Source: Candidatus Calescibacterium sp.
GTDB lineage: Bacteria; Calescibacteriota; Calescibacteriia; Calescibacteriales; Calescibacteriaceae
Assembly: GCA_032249135.1 (NCBI GenBank)
Contig: JAVVGL010000003.1
Span: forward strand, 32,001 to 96,000
Length of the DNA: 64,000 bases
Reading direction: 5' to 3'
The notes under the pieces: generated by a model
What the model saw: only the letters and a program-made list of their open reading frames with translations
Database searches by the model: none
What the model was told of the DNA's origin: nothing
Made by a program: the position numbers and the translations under genes
Part shown: positions 29,348 through 39,895 of the stretch, in pieces
How the letters are laid out: the number at the start of each line of letters is the position of its first letter
Numbering within the stretch: the stretch's first letter is position 1

Positions 29348-32083
29348 GTTTTTTCCCTGAACACTTGAAGGACCCAGTATAACAACGAAAAATTCATCCT
29401 TGAGATATTTTTCAATCACCTTATTTATATCTTCTTTTTTTACAGATTTTATTTTTTCTTGGAGTTTTTTGTAAAAGTCAAATCCAAGCCCTAAAAATTC
29501 GCTTTGAGCGATTTCAGAAGCCCAATCTGAATTTGATTGCAAAGATCTCCTTATGACTCCGAGCAGAACGTTTATTCCCCTTGATATTTCCTCATCAGTT
29601 AATGTGTTGAGGTTTTTGAGTTCTTCCTTCAAGCCGGTTATGGATTCCGTTAATTTTTCAGGAGCTGACGCAATATATCCTCCGAATAGTCCTCCTGCTA
29701 CGAAAGAGTGTCTTAAAGGAGCAACAACATAGGCAAGTCCCTTCTTTTCTCTGAGGTTCATAAAAAGCCGCCCACCCATTCCAGAAATTGAAGATACCAA
29801 GACTCGTAAGATAATTGCGTCATCATCAAAAATAGAAGGACCGCAGATCCCGACAACTATATGAACCTGATTTCCTTCTCTCGGAATGAATTTTTCTTTT
29901 GCTTTTTCATCCCTACAAGCAAATTTTTGAGGGAAAGATATATTCTTTTCTTTTTTCTTCTCAAAAAGTTCAAATCCATAAAAGTAAATGGATTTTAGAA
30001 TTTCAGACGAGTCAGAGAAATCTCCGACAATAGATATGACTATTTTTTCCGGGTCAGAAAGTAAAAATTTCCAAAAATCAATAAGGTCTTCTCTTTTTGC
30101 GGATTCAATTACTTCTTTTTTTGCTCCTTCTGGAAATGCATAAGGAGTTCCATCAAAGACAAGTTTGAAAAATTCATCAAAGGCTTGGACCTGTGGCTCA
30201 TCATATCTTGTTCTCAAAGATTCAAGAATATCATCTTTCATTTTATTTATTTCATCTTGCGGAAAAGTTGGTTTGAGGAGAACATCGAAAAATATTTCAA
30301 ATCCTTTTTCCTTTTTGCTTGAAAGGAAAGAAGAAGATAAAGAAAAAGTGTCAAATCCGGCACTTGCTCCAATAGAGCCTCCTATATCGTATAATTCATC
30401 AAGTATAACTTTTGCAGTTCTGTTTTCTGTTCCACGAGTCAGAGTTTTTGCAGTAAGAAGAGGAATTCCTATCTTTTCTGTACCATAAAGTGCGTTTCCT
30501 CCTGGGAACATTCCGACAACAGAGATAGTCCCTGTTCCTTGAATTTTTTTGAGCAAAATTCTCACGCCGTTTTTCGCTACATATTTCTCAACACCGTCTT
30601 TACTTTCAACTAAACTGAAAGGTAATTCAAATGGCACTTTAAATGAAACAGATTTTACAACACGGGATACTTCTTCTGCAAACTTTGTTTCTTCGTCATT
30701 TATATAAATTCCAACGAGCATTTTCTCCTCATTGATGATTTCTTTTGCTATCTCTTCTACATTTTCTTTTTTTGCTTCAAGGAAAGTTTCTAAAATCTTA
30801 GAAACTCCGTGTGGATCTTCTGTAAGCTGAAACACACTCCCGAATAAAGAAGCTAATCCCCTTACTGATTGTATTCTTGAATAGAGAGAAGATAGGACTG
30901 AACTTTTTACATTTTCAAGCTCTTTTTGTGAAATTCCCAGAAACTTTACTTTTCTCAACTCTTCAACTACTATATCATATATCTTTTTTATGTTTTCACC
31001 TTTTGCTGAAAAAGAAACACTAAAAACTCCAACTCCCACGGGATTCCAATAATCAACATCAATAGAATTTGCAAGTATCTCTTTTATTCTTGTTCTCTCA
31101 TAAAGCCTTTTTTCAAGAATTTCAGCTAAAATGTCAAGATAAACGGATTTTGTTATAGAGAATGGATAACCTAAAAATCCAACTATAACCTTAGCCTCTT
31201 TTTCTTTGCCAGAAATGAAAAATGCAGATGGACCTGAAAAATCAGGGTATTTTTTGACATCTTGTTTTTCAAATAAATTTTTCCTTTCACTTTTTACTTT
31301 ACCGAAAACCTCTTTTATTTTTTTCTCTACAATTTTCTCATCAAAATCACCTGCAACAACAACAAAAATGTTCTCCGGCGAATAAAAAGAAGAATGAAAT
31401 TTTAAAGTGAGATCAGAAGAAATAGACTTTATAGTTTCTTCGTATCCAATAACAGGATGTCCATATGGATGATTTTTGTAAAGCTCTTCAAAAAATTTAT
31501 CAAAAAGTCTATAATCAGGAATGTCACGACCTCTTCTCCATTCTTCCAAGACTACTTCTTTTTCAGTTTGAAATTCTTCCTCTGAAAAGTTTGGTCTGAA
31601 AACTATATCACCTATAACTTCAATAGGGATATGTATATTTTCTGATGGTATTATTGACCAATAGACTGTGTTATCGTAAGATGTCCATGCATTTATGTAT
31701 CCGCCAGCTCTTTCTATTGCATCCGCAACTTCGCTTACTCCTCTTTCTGGACTTCCCTTGAAAACTATATGTTCAAGGATGTGAGCTCCACCGAAAAATT
31801 CAGGAGGTTCATCCGCCGCGCCAGATTTTACCCAAACAAAAACTGCCGATATTTTACTTCCGTCTTTTTTCGGAATAAAAATAACATCAATACCATTTTT
31901 CAATCTGATTTTTTTTACTTCAATTCCTCCAACATATTTTTTCCTCTTTGCCATATCTTTTTCCTCCTTTTTATCTTTTTGACCAATTTTGATTTTTTTC
32001 AAGTCTATTTTTAAAGCCTTTACATCCCCAACAAAAATAAGATGAGACAATAAAAGAAAAGAGAGAAAAATAAAAATGTGCAT
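29345..32083 (-). CDS. M16-family (pitrilysin-like) zinc peptidase, exported
   Basis: Signal peptide, HILEH (HxxEH), NAWTS.D.T.Y, second inactive M16 half with RLF..LREK.GLAY. Confidence 0.92.
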   Translation of the reverse strand: MHIFIFLSFLLLSHLIFVGDVKALKIDLKKIKIGQKDKKEEKDMAKRKKYVGGIEVKKIRLKNGIDVIFIPKKDGSKISAVFVWVKSGAADEPPEFFGGAHILEHIVFKGSPERGVSEVADAIERAGGYINAWTSYDNTVYWSIIPSENIHIPIEVIGDIVFRPNFSEEEFQTEKEVVLEEWRRGRDIPDYRLFDKFFEELYKNHPYGHPVIGYEETIKSISSDLTLKFHSSFYSPENIFVVVAGDFDEKIVEKKIKEVFGKVKSERKNLFEKQDVKKYPDFSGPSAFFISGKEKEAKVIVGFLGYPFSITKSVYLDILAEILEKRLYERTRIKEILANSIDVDYWNPVGVGVFSVSFSAKGENIKKIYDIVVEELRKVKFLGISQKELENVKSSVLSSLYSRIQSVRGLASLFGSVFQLTEDPHGVSKILETFLEAKKENVEEIAKEIINEEKMLVGIYINDEETKFAEEVSRVVKSVSFKVPFELPFSLVESKDGVEKYVAKNGVRILLKKIQGTGTISVVGMFPGGNALYGTEKIGIPLLTAKTLTRGTENRTAKVILDELYDIGGSIGASAGFDTFSLSSSFLSSKKEKGFEIFFDVLLKPTFPQDEINKMKDDILESLRTRYDEPQVQAFDEFFKLVFDGTPYAFPEGAKKEVIESAKREDLIDFWKFLLSDPEKIVISIVGDFSDSSEILKSIYFYGFELFEKKKEKNISFPQKFACRDEKAKEKFIPREGNQVHIVVGICGPSIFDDDAIILRVLVSSISGMGGRLFMNLREKKGLAYVVAPLRHSFVAGGLFGGYIASAPEKLTESITGLKEELKNLNTLTDEEISRGINVLLGVIRRSLQSNSDWASEIAQSEFLGLGFDFYKKLQEKIKSVKKEDINKVIEKYLKDEFFVVILGPSSVQGKN

Positions 32084-32198
32084 TTTTCTTTCTTTTTTTT
32101 CAAAAAATGGCAACATATCTCAAAAAATATTTAAACGGAGAAATAAATTTCAAATTTTTCAGTTTTCACGGCTGAAAAAAGTTTTTAAAATTCAAAAA

Positions 32199-33128
32199 GT
32201 GGAGGAATTTCAAAAAATACTTAAAGATTTTGAAAACTATCTTTATTTTGTTTTAGGGAGAAGTAAAAACACATGCGAATCGTATATAAAAGATCTGGAA
32301 GAAATATATAATTTTTTCAGAGAAAGAGGAAAAGAAATTTTTGATATTTCAGAGAGCAATATAGAAGAGTTCATAAACACATCAAAAAATATTTACGACA
32401 TAACAAGTATAAATAGGAAACTTTCTTCATTAAGAACTTTCGCTAAGTTTCTTGCGAGAAAAGATGAAAAATATTCTGGGTTGTTGAAAACTATAAAAAA
32501 TGTAAAGAATCTGAAAGACACAAGAGAACCTCCTTGTGTTCCAGATGAGAACGAAGTTATATCAAAAATAGAGTGTTTGAATTTGAACTCAGATAAATTT
32601 GATGAGATAAGAGATAGAGCTATATTGGAGCTACTTTATGGCTCTGGTTTGCGTGCTTCGGAACTTATAAATCTTAAATCAGAAAATATTCATTTAGATA
32701 AAGGTTTTATAAAAGTAGAGGGCAAAGGAAAAAAAGAAAGGTTCGTCCCCATGAGTACAAAAGCAAAGGAAGCAATAGAAAAATACATGAAAATAAAACA
32801 AAAATTTTTCAGAGGGAAACTAAATCAAGATTTTGTTTTCGTAAACAAAAGAGGGAAAAAACTCACAAGACAAGGTCTTTGGTTTATTCTTAAAAAGTAT
32901 GGATTTTACCCTCATCTTTTGAGACACTCTTTCGCTACCCATCTTATATCAAAAGGAGCAGATTTGAGGTCAGTCCAGATAATGCTCGGACACTCAAATC
33001 TATCAACAACACAGATATATACAAAAGTTTTTCCATCAGTTCTCCAAGAAACCATAAAAAAATTTCATCCACTTGAATTTCTGACAGAAAATAGGAAAGA
33101 AAAAGAAAAAGAGGAGAAAGGAAAATAA
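32199..33128 (+). CDS. xerD: site-specific tyrosine recombinase XerD/XerC
   Basis: RDRAILELLYGSGLRASE, GKGKKER, HLLRHSFATH, LGHSNLSTTQIY; start uncertain. Confidence 0.88.
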   Translation: MEEFQKILKDFENYLYFVLGRSKNTCESYIKDLEEIYNFFRERGKEIFDISESNIEEFINTSKNIYDITSINRKLSSLRTFAKFLARKDEKYSGLLKTIKNVKNLKDTREPPCVPDENEVISKIECLNLNSDKFDEIRDRAILELLYGSGLRASELINLKSENIHLDKGFIKVEGKGKKERFVPMSTKAKEAIEKYMKIKQKFFRGKLNQDFVFVNKRGKKLTRQGLWFILKKYGFYPHLLRHSFATHLISKGADLRSVQIMLGHSNLSTTQIYTKVFPSVLQETIKKFHPLEFLTENRKEKEKEEKGK

Positions 33129-33191
33129 TAGGATAAGACAGGAACAAGAAAAGAGAAAAAGAAAAAAGAGAATTTTTTATCTCTGAAAATT

Positions 33192-33608
33192 TTACTTTAA
33201 GAATTTATTTTTGATTATAGATATTATCTTTTTGTCAGAGTCATAAGTGATAAGTTTTTCAGCTTCTTCAATTGGGAACCAACCTAAATCAATAATTTCT
33301 CCGGGCGTTTTTATATTTTTGCTATCATCTTCTGGCTCCATAAGAAACCAGAAAACAGTTTTTTTGACGACTCCGCCATCTTTATCTTTAAAAAAATAAG
33401 TGAAGTCCCCTATTTTATCTTTTATTTTTGCCCTCACTCCGGTTTCCTCTTCAACTTCCCTCAAAGCAGCCTGTTCTTTTGTTTCACCTTTTTCTATATG
33501 TCCCTTCGGAAATGTCCAAACTTCTCTTCCAGAAAGCGTTCTTACCTTTATCATAAGAACTTTTCCATCTTTCAATACAACTCCCCCAGCAGAAAATTCT
33601 CTCTTCAT
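33192..33608 (-). CDS. NUDIX hydrolase (Ap4A hydrolase-like)
   Basis: GHIEKGETKEQAALREVEEETG Nudix box. Confidence 0.93.
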   Translation of the reverse strand: MKREFSAGGVVLKDGKVLMIKVRTLSGREVWTFPKGHIEKGETKEQAALREVEEETGVRAKIKDKIGDFTYFFKDKDGGVVKKTVFWFLMEPEDDSKNIKTPGEIIDLGWFPIEEAEKLITYDSDKKIISIIKNKFLK

Positions 33609-33772
33609 TTCATTAAGATTATAAAGTTTGTTTTTGAATTGGGATTTTTTAAATTTGGTATTTTCCCTATATGATAAAATGAAACCCGACGGTAAAACCA
33701 GAAAATAACATCAAAGAAAATAAATACTTAAAATTTATAGAGCTTAATAAAAAAGTTCAACAAGAATTGAAA

Positions 33773-34219
33773 ATGGAAGAGAAACCAGAACTTTTCTTTG
33801 AGGTGCTATCATGCAACATAGATTGGGAAATAGACTATGAAAGCATGATTTTTGGGTGCAAAGCAAAAATAAAAGTTAGAGTTGGGAATAAAATAAAACT
33901 CGGATACTCAACTTCAAAAGACGGACAAATTTATGCATTTGACATGGCTCTCAAAAATATTTTGCAAGAGCTTTATCCAGAAATATTAAAAATAAAACTT
34001 ACTGACTACAAAGCTGAAATTATAGAAAAAGAAAAAAGGAAGGGAACGGCTTCCTACATCAAAGTAAGAATAGAGGTTGAAATTGAAGATATAGGAGAAA
34101 AAATAATTACAGAATCTGTTGGAGCAGATCTTGTTGCCGCATCAATAGAAGCTCTATCACAAGCTTACAATACATCCCTACAAAAAATTTTCAGTAGATC
34201 TGAAACGGTAATTGTGTAA
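33773..34219 (+). CDS. stand-alone LeuA/CimA-type allosteric domain protein
   Basis: DG...A.D.AL...L...YPE...I.LTDYK......GT.....V.IE resembles the citramalate/IPM synthase C-terminus. Confidence 0.65.
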   Translation: MEEKPELFFEVLSCNIDWEIDYESMIFGCKAKIKVRVGNKIKLGYSTSKDGQIYAFDMALKNILQELYPEILKIKLTDYKAEIIEKEKRKGTASYIKVRIEVEIEDIGEKIITESVGADLVAASIEALSQAYNTSLQKIFSRSETVIV

Positions 34220-34235
34220 TAATAAAACTTTTTTT

Positions 34236-35615
34236 ATGGGCGTATCTATATTCAAAACAATAAGGTCTCCTGTTGCCAAACTTACATATCTTATTCTTGC
34301 GGCTGCTTTTTTTATAGGGTTTGGAATACTTACATCTATATCTCCAAAAAATAGTATGAGGTCAATAAAAGTAGATGGTAAAAAAGTTTTTCAAGATGAG
34401 TTCTACCTTATGCTAAAAGAAGTTGAAAGGACAAAAGAAGAATTTGAAAGTGCTGAGAACCTTCAAAGACAAGCATTTGAACTTATGGTTGCAAGAAAAT
34501 CAATTAGCTCAGAAGTAGAAAAATGGGGATTTTCAGTAAATGCAGAAGACATAATCGGTCTTATCGGTAATGCAGCTGGGATAAGAACCAGAAGAGATTA
34601 CCTTAATTTCCTCAGACAAACAGGAGCAACAGAAAAATCATTTGAAAACTACCTGAAAGACTCTTACTTTTTCTCAAAATTTCAAGATATAATAGTTAGG
34701 ACAGAAACATCAGGTAATTTCAGAGAATTTCAAGACTTCATTTCAAATATAGCAGGTATAAGAACTCTAAAAATAGCAGAAATTGATAAGTCAAAGTTCA
34801 AAGTAAATGTAGATCAAAAGGAGATAGAAAGATATTACATAATAAACAGGAATGAATTCAAAATAGGAGAAAAGAGAGAACTGTGGATAGCAAAATTCCC
34901 ATCTGAAACCACAGCTCAAACTTTCTTTTCTAAATACTCACAAACACAACCTAAAACATTTGAAGAATTTGAAACCAAAGCAAATGAAGAAGGAGGTAAA
35001 GCTACATCAGTAATTTTAGGTAAAGAAGCAGGATCTTCTAATCCTACTTTTGCTCCCTTCTTTTCAGAAAAAGCAACAGAAGGTTCAGTAGCTCCTCCCA
35101 TAAATGTAGGAAATGAGTGGTGGGTAGTAAAAATAGCCAAAATTTTCCCAGAAAGATTTGCAGAACTCAAAGAAGTTGAAGGAACCATAAAAGAAAGATT
35201 AATAGGTAAAAAAGTCAGAGAAAAAGTTGAAAATATATTGGAGCAGAATAAAAACATAAGTTCAGAGGAAGAATTTGAAAAAGTTTTCTCAAAATACTCG
35301 GTGGAAATAAAGAATGATTCCTATCCTGCATACCTTGATATTTTTCCGGGATTAGAATATCAGCCCGAGCTTGGATTAGCCATATCAGATACAAAAAGAG
35401 AAAATTTTGTATTTGAAAAACCAATAGAGGTGAAAGGAAGGGTTTTCGTTGTATTTGTTGGAAAACTCTTCCCATCTCCTGAAAAAGCAACAGATTTTGT
35501 GTATTATGATGTAGAAAGAGTTATAAAAGGTTTTATAGCAAGGAAAATGGCAGATTTGAAAATTGAACCTGCATCGCGCAAGGAAGCAATTGATATACTC
35601 ACAGGAGCAAAATAA
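34236..35615 (+). CDS. SurA-N/PpiD-like periplasmic chaperone
   Basis: N-terminal TM, V.G..V, EI..YY..N..EF...EKR, degenerate parvulin region. Confidence 0.7.
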   Translation: MGVSIFKTIRSPVAKLTYLILAAAFFIGFGILTSISPKNSMRSIKVDGKKVFQDEFYLMLKEVERTKEEFESAENLQRQAFELMVARKSISSEVEKWGFSVNAEDIIGLIGNAAGIRTRRDYLNFLRQTGATEKSFENYLKDSYFFSKFQDIIVRTETSGNFREFQDFISNIAGIRTLKIAEIDKSKFKVNVDQKEIERYYIINRNEFKIGEKRELWIAKFPSETTAQTFFSKYSQTQPKTFEEFETKANEEGGKATSVILGKEAGSSNPTFAPFFSEKATEGSVAPPINVGNEWWVVKIAKIFPERFAELKEVEGTIKERLIGKKVREKVENILEQNKNISSEEEFEKVFSKYSVEIKNDSYPAYLDIFPGLEYQPELGLAISDTKRENFVFEKPIEVKGRVFVVFVGKLFPSPEKATDFVYYDVERVIKGFIARKMADLKIEPASRKEAIDILTGAK

Positions 35616-35638
35616 AAACCAAAATAAAGAAACAAAAA

Positions 35639-36790
35639 TCAATAAAGAGAAGAGAAATTATATGGGTATCTGAAAATACCTTTTTCAGTTATTATAGCTG
35701 AGATAAGATGAGGAGGTGTTATATCAAATGCAAAATTAAAAACTGGAACACCATCTGGCAAAATCCTGCAACCAAAAATTTCTCTAACCTCTCTTGGATT
35801 TCTTTCTTCTATTGGAATTTGATCTGACTCTGTATCTATTGTCGTTGAAGGAGCAAGAACATAAAATGGGACCTCAAAATATTTTGCAGAAATTGCAAGT
35901 GTAAGTGTACCTATCTTGTTTGCAGTTGTTCCATCTTTTAAAATTCTATCTGCTCCCACAACACAACATATTTCCTTTCCCTTTTCTTTCATTTTTAAAA
36001 TAGAGAAAGCAGATGATGAATCAACTATGATGTGGAATGGAATTTTATTTTGCATAAGCTCCCAAGCCGTAAGTCTACTTCCTTGCAAAAAAGGTCTCGT
36101 TTCAAGAGCAATAACTTCTATGTTTTTCCCGACCTTATTTGCAAACTTTATGGCAGAAAAAGCTGTTCCCCATCCCCCCGTTGCGAGCGCCCCAGTATTG
36201 CATATTGTAAATACAACGCTACCATCTTTGATGAGTTCTGCTCCGAACTTACCTATAATATAACAGTATGCAAAATCATAAAACCAGATCTTTATTGCTC
36301 TATCAAAAAGCTTTTGCAAAAGTCCGTCTTGATCTTTTTCGTTTGAACTCAAAAATTCTTTCTCCATATCATCAAGAGCTTTTTTTAAATTAAAAGCTGT
36401 GGGTCTTGTTCTTTCAAGCTCTGATTTAATTTCAGAAAAGACACTCTGAGTGATTTTGATTTTGTTTTTCAATCTTTTTTTTATTCCATAGACTATTCCG
36501 AAAGCAGCTGATATACCTATTGCGGGAGCTCCTCTCACAATCATTTCTCTTATTGCGTGGGCAACATCCTTCTCATCCTCACACCTTACCCAATTCTCTT
36601 TTGCGGGCAGGAATCTTTGATCCAAAAATTCAACATAATCGTCAAAAAGACGAAACCATGTGTGTTTTTTCCCACCATCAGTTTCAACTTCAAAAACTGT
36701 GAGAACTTCATTTATGTCAAAGTTTATACCTTGATTTCTCAATTCTACCTCTAACAACTTCAAAGAGCTCAAGTTTCTCCCCTGAAACAT
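35639..36790 (-). CDS. mtnA: methylthioribose-1-phosphate isomerase
   Basis: DQR.LP, VRGAPAIG, RPTA.NL, CNTG.LAT, ETRP.LQGSRLT, ANKIGT. Confidence 0.95.
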   Translation of the reverse strand: MFQGRNLSSLKLLEVELRNQGINFDINEVLTVFEVETDGGKKHTWFRLFDDYVEFLDQRFLPAKENWVRCEDEKDVAHAIREMIVRGAPAIGISAAFGIVYGIKKRLKNKIKITQSVFSEIKSELERTRPTAFNLKKALDDMEKEFLSSNEKDQDGLLQKLFDRAIKIWFYDFAYCYIIGKFGAELIKDGSVVFTICNTGALATGGWGTAFSAIKFANKVGKNIEVIALETRPFLQGSRLTAWELMQNKIPFHIIVDSSSAFSILKMKEKGKEICCVVGADRILKDGTTANKIGTLTLAISAKYFEVPFYVLAPSTTIDTESDQIPIEERNPREVREIFGCRILPDGVPVFNFAFDITPPHLISAIITEKGIFRYPYNFSSLY

Positions 36791-36833
36791 AATCTAATGA
36801 ATAAGATAAAAAGATAATAGATAGAAAATAAAC

Positions 36834-38051
36834 TTATCTTAGAGCTGAAATTCCCGGTAGTTCCTTGCCTTCAAGGACCTCTAAAAATGCTCCACCACCT
36901 GTTGATATATATGAGATTCTGTGTTGTTCTCCTGCTTTTGAAATTGCAACATCGGTATCTCCCCCACCAACAACTGTAAAAGCAGTAGAGTTAGCAAGAA
37001 CAGATACCATAGAATATGTTCCTTTTGAGAACTGCTCTTTCTCAAATACTCCCATCGGACCGTTCCAGACTATTGTTCTTGCATCGGAAAGAGCTTCTGC
37101 AAAAAGTGTTATTGTGGCAGGACCTATGTCAAATCCGGCATAATTATCTGGAATTTCATAAACTGGTACAATTTTTATATCTGTGTCATCTAATGATTTT
37201 GCGACCACACAATCAACGGGCAAATAAACCTTCACGCCTATTTTTTTTGCCTCCGCCAATATCTCGCTTGCAACCTCAATATAATCCTTTTCAACGATGG
37301 ATTTTCCAGTTCTTATTCCCTGAGCTTCAAGAAAAGTGAAAGCCATGGCACCCCCTATGATAAGTTTATCTGCAATAGATAAAATATTTTTCAGAGCTCC
37401 TATCTTATCTGATACCTTTACTCCACCAATAACTGCTGCAAACGGTTTTTTAGGATTAAACAGCAACCTTTGCAGTGAAAGGAGCTCTTTTTTCATAAGT
37501 ATTCCTGCAAATTTTTTTTCTTTTTGGAAAAGCAGAGGTAGAGCATAAACTGATGCATGTTTTCTATGTGATACTGCGAAAGCATCGTTTATATAAATAT
37601 CTGGTTGGACCGAATCTATGAGTTCTTTTGCGAAATTCTCGTCATTATTTGTTTCACCTTCATAAAATCTCAGATTTTCAAGCAAAATGACATCAGCTTT
37701 TGAGTTAACAGCATTTTTGACTTTCTCTCCTATGCAATCATCAACAAATAAAACATCTTTTTCCAAAAGTCTTGAAAGCCTTCTTGCAACAGGAGCCAAG
37801 GAGAGTCTTTCTATTCTCTTTCCCTTCGGTCTCCCCATATGTGAAATTAGAACAACTTGACACCTTTCATCAAGGAGGAAGTTTATTGTGGGTAAGACTG
37901 ATCTTATTCTTCTATCATCTAATATTTGTCCGACCTCATCAACTGGCACATTAAAATCAACTCTCATCAGAACCCGAGCTCCATAGATATTGTTTTCATC
38001 TACAAACCTTATACCTTCTATTATTTTTAAGTTCTCGTAAACACCAGCCAT
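36834..38051 (-). CDS. pgk: phosphoglycerate kinase
   Basis: RVDFNVP, LLENLRF, WNGPMGVFE, ISTGGGA. Confidence 0.97.
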   Translation of the reverse strand: MAGVYENLKIIEGIRFVDENNIYGARVLMRVDFNVPVDEVGQILDDRRIRSVLPTINFLLDERCQVVLISHMGRPKGKRIERLSLAPVARRLSRLLEKDVLFVDDCIGEKVKNAVNSKADVILLENLRFYEGETNNDENFAKELIDSVQPDIYINDAFAVSHRKHASVYALPLLFQKEKKFAGILMKKELLSLQRLLFNPKKPFAAVIGGVKVSDKIGALKNILSIADKLIIGGAMAFTFLEAQGIRTGKSIVEKDYIEVASEILAEAKKIGVKVYLPVDCVVAKSLDDTDIKIVPVYEIPDNYAGFDIGPATITLFAEALSDARTIVWNGPMGVFEKEQFSKGTYSMVSVLANSTAFTVVGGGDTDVAISKAGEQHRISYISTGGGAFLEVLEGKELPGISALR

Positions 38052-38132
38052 TAAAGAACCCTCCCTCCTTTTTTATTTCTTCACATCCTTCTTCACTTTT
38101 TCCTCTCTACTTTTCCAATTTTTCTTAATTTT

Positions 38133-38909
38133 TTACGTTTTGAATTTTTTCAGCTTTCTTAAAAATTTGAGATCTTCTTTTGTATCTACTGGAAAAAGCT
38201 TCTTCTTCCCGACAACGACTTTTATTTTCATTCCATTATCAATTGCTCTAAGTTGTTCAAGTTTCTCTAAAACCTCATTTTTAGACTGAGGCAAATTTGA
38301 GAATTTCAAAAGCTCATTTTTCCTGAAAGCATATATACCACCATGTATTATAAATTTCTTTGCACCATAAGGTATAGGAGCCCTTGAAAAATATATTGCA
38401 TACCCATTTTGCGACACAGCAATTTTTACCCTGTTTGGATTTTTGAATTCATCCGCATCAGAAGATAAAAATCCATATGTAGATATGCTTGCTTCTTTAT
38501 CTTCCTCTAATGCTTTCACAACTGCATTTATTATTTTTGGAGAGATAAGAGGTTCATCACCTTGAACATTCACCACAATTTCCGGCAAATTCTGATCTTC
38601 ATCTTGTAAAATTTTTATAAGTTCTGATACTCTATCAGTTCCTGATTTTATATTTTTACCTCTGATTATTCTGACAAAAATTTTGGCTTTCTCTGATTGA
38701 GAAAGTTTTTTTGTTTTTAAAACAGAAGTTTCAACCTTTTCTTTTATTCTTTCAGAATCTGTGGCCAAAAACACTTTTTGAGCGTCAGATTTTGCACAAG
38801 CACATAAAACATGGAAAACAACAGGTTCTCCCCATAAATCTTCAATGAGCTTTCCCGGGAATCTCGTAGAACCTTCCCTTGCCGGAACTACACATATAAA
38901 ATCTATCAT
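38133..38909 (-). CDS. kdsB: 3-deoxy-manno-octulosonate cytidylyltransferase
   Basis: PAR.GSTRFPGK, SGTDR, NVQGDEP, YFSRAPIP, EKLEQLR. Confidence 0.95.
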   Translation of the reverse strand: MIDFICVVPAREGSTRFPGKLIEDLWGEPVVFHVLCACAKSDAQKVFLATDSERIKEKVETSVLKTKKLSQSEKAKIFVRIIRGKNIKSGTDRVSELIKILQDEDQNLPEIVVNVQGDEPLISPKIINAVVKALEEDKEASISTYGFLSSDADEFKNPNRVKIAVSQNGYAIYFSRAPIPYGAKKFIIHGGIYAFRKNELLKFSNLPQSKNEVLEKLEQLRAIDNGMKIKVVVGKKKLFPVDTKEDLKFLRKLKKFKT

Positions 38910-39125
38910 TTTGGTAAAATTAATCAAATTATAAATTATATTTTATAGAATATTCTGATCTGCACAAAAATAAAATTACAAAGCAAATAAGTTAGAACAA
39001 AAACTGTTGACTTTCTTAAAGTTGCTTTTCCAGATTCCCAAATCTTTAATGATAAAGATCATAATGTAGAAAAAAAATCCCGTAAAAAAAGTTTTCTTTG
39101 AATTGATGGATAAATACATTAGATT

Positions 39126-39431
39126 ATGCCAAGATCTTTGAAAAAAGGACCATTTGTTGATGAGCATTTGCTTGAAAAAATTGTTGCGCTCCGCCCTCGC
39201 GTTTTGAAGGGAGAGAAAGTTGTAATAAAAACATATTCAAGGAGATCAACGATAATACCAGAAATGGTCGGTTTTACAATAGCTGTTCACAACGGAAGAA
39301 CTTTTATCCCTGTGTATATAACTGAGGAGATGGTTGGTCATAAACTCGGAGAATTCTCTTTCACCAGAACCTTCAGAGGACACCCAGACAAAACAAAAAA
39401 AGTAGAAATAAGAAAGCCTGGGCAAAAATAA
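39126..39431 (+). CDS. rpsS: 30S ribosomal protein uS19
   Basis: [23 protein letters not shown]. Confidence 0.98.
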   Translation: MPRSLKKGPFVDEHLLEKIVALRPRVLKGEKVVIKTYSRRSTIIPEMVGFTIAVHNGRTFIPVYITEEMVGHKLGEFSFTRTFRGHPDKTKKVEIRKPGQK

Positions 39432-39472
39432 ATAAAATTTGGAAGTATATAATGTGATTGGAGGTATATAAT

Positions 39473-39829
39473 ATGAAAGGAGTGCAAGCAGATGCTTATG
39501 CAATTTTGAGGTATGCAAGGTGTTCTCCAAAAAAGACGTGGTTTGTTGCTTCTGCTCTTCAAGGTAAAAAAGCATTAGAGGCTTTGGAATTGCTCAAATT
39601 CATAAGAAAAAAGCCTGCAAGATATATAGAAAAAGCTTTGCGGTCAGCAATAGCAAATGCTGAACATAATCACAACATCCCCGCTAACCAGCTTTATATA
39701 AAGTCAATAGTGATAGGAAAAGGACCTTACATGAGAAGATGGAAACCCTCTGCTTACGGAAGAGCTTTACCAATATGGAGAAAGACCACTCATATTTTCG
39801 TTTATCTTGAAAGAAAATTAGAAGATTAA
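39473..39829 (+). CDS. rplV: 50S ribosomal protein uL22
   Basis: R.SPKK, SAIANAEHN, GP.M.R....A.GRA; GGAGG RBS. Confidence 0.95.
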   Translation: MKGVQADAYAILRYARCSPKKTWFVASALQGKKALEALELLKFIRKKPARYIEKALRSAIANAEHNHNIPANQLYIKSIVIGKGPYMRRWKPSAYGRALPIWRKTTHIFVYLERKLED

Positions 39830-39860
39830 ATTAAAAAGAAAATTAGAAGATTAAATTAAA
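39811..39860. repeat. perfect 25-bp tandem duplication of the rplV 3' end
   Basis: AAGAAAATTAGAAGATTAAATTAAA x2. Confidence 0.9.
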
Positions 39861-39895
39861 TAGAAGATAAATAAATAAGGAGGAGGATATAATTT

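Noticed and set aside
32199-33128. Tyrosine recombinase as a prophage/island integrase targeting tRNA-Phe
   Set aside because: Sequence is typical housekeeping XerD/XerC; neighbours are core genes and no duplicated tRNA 3' end was seen
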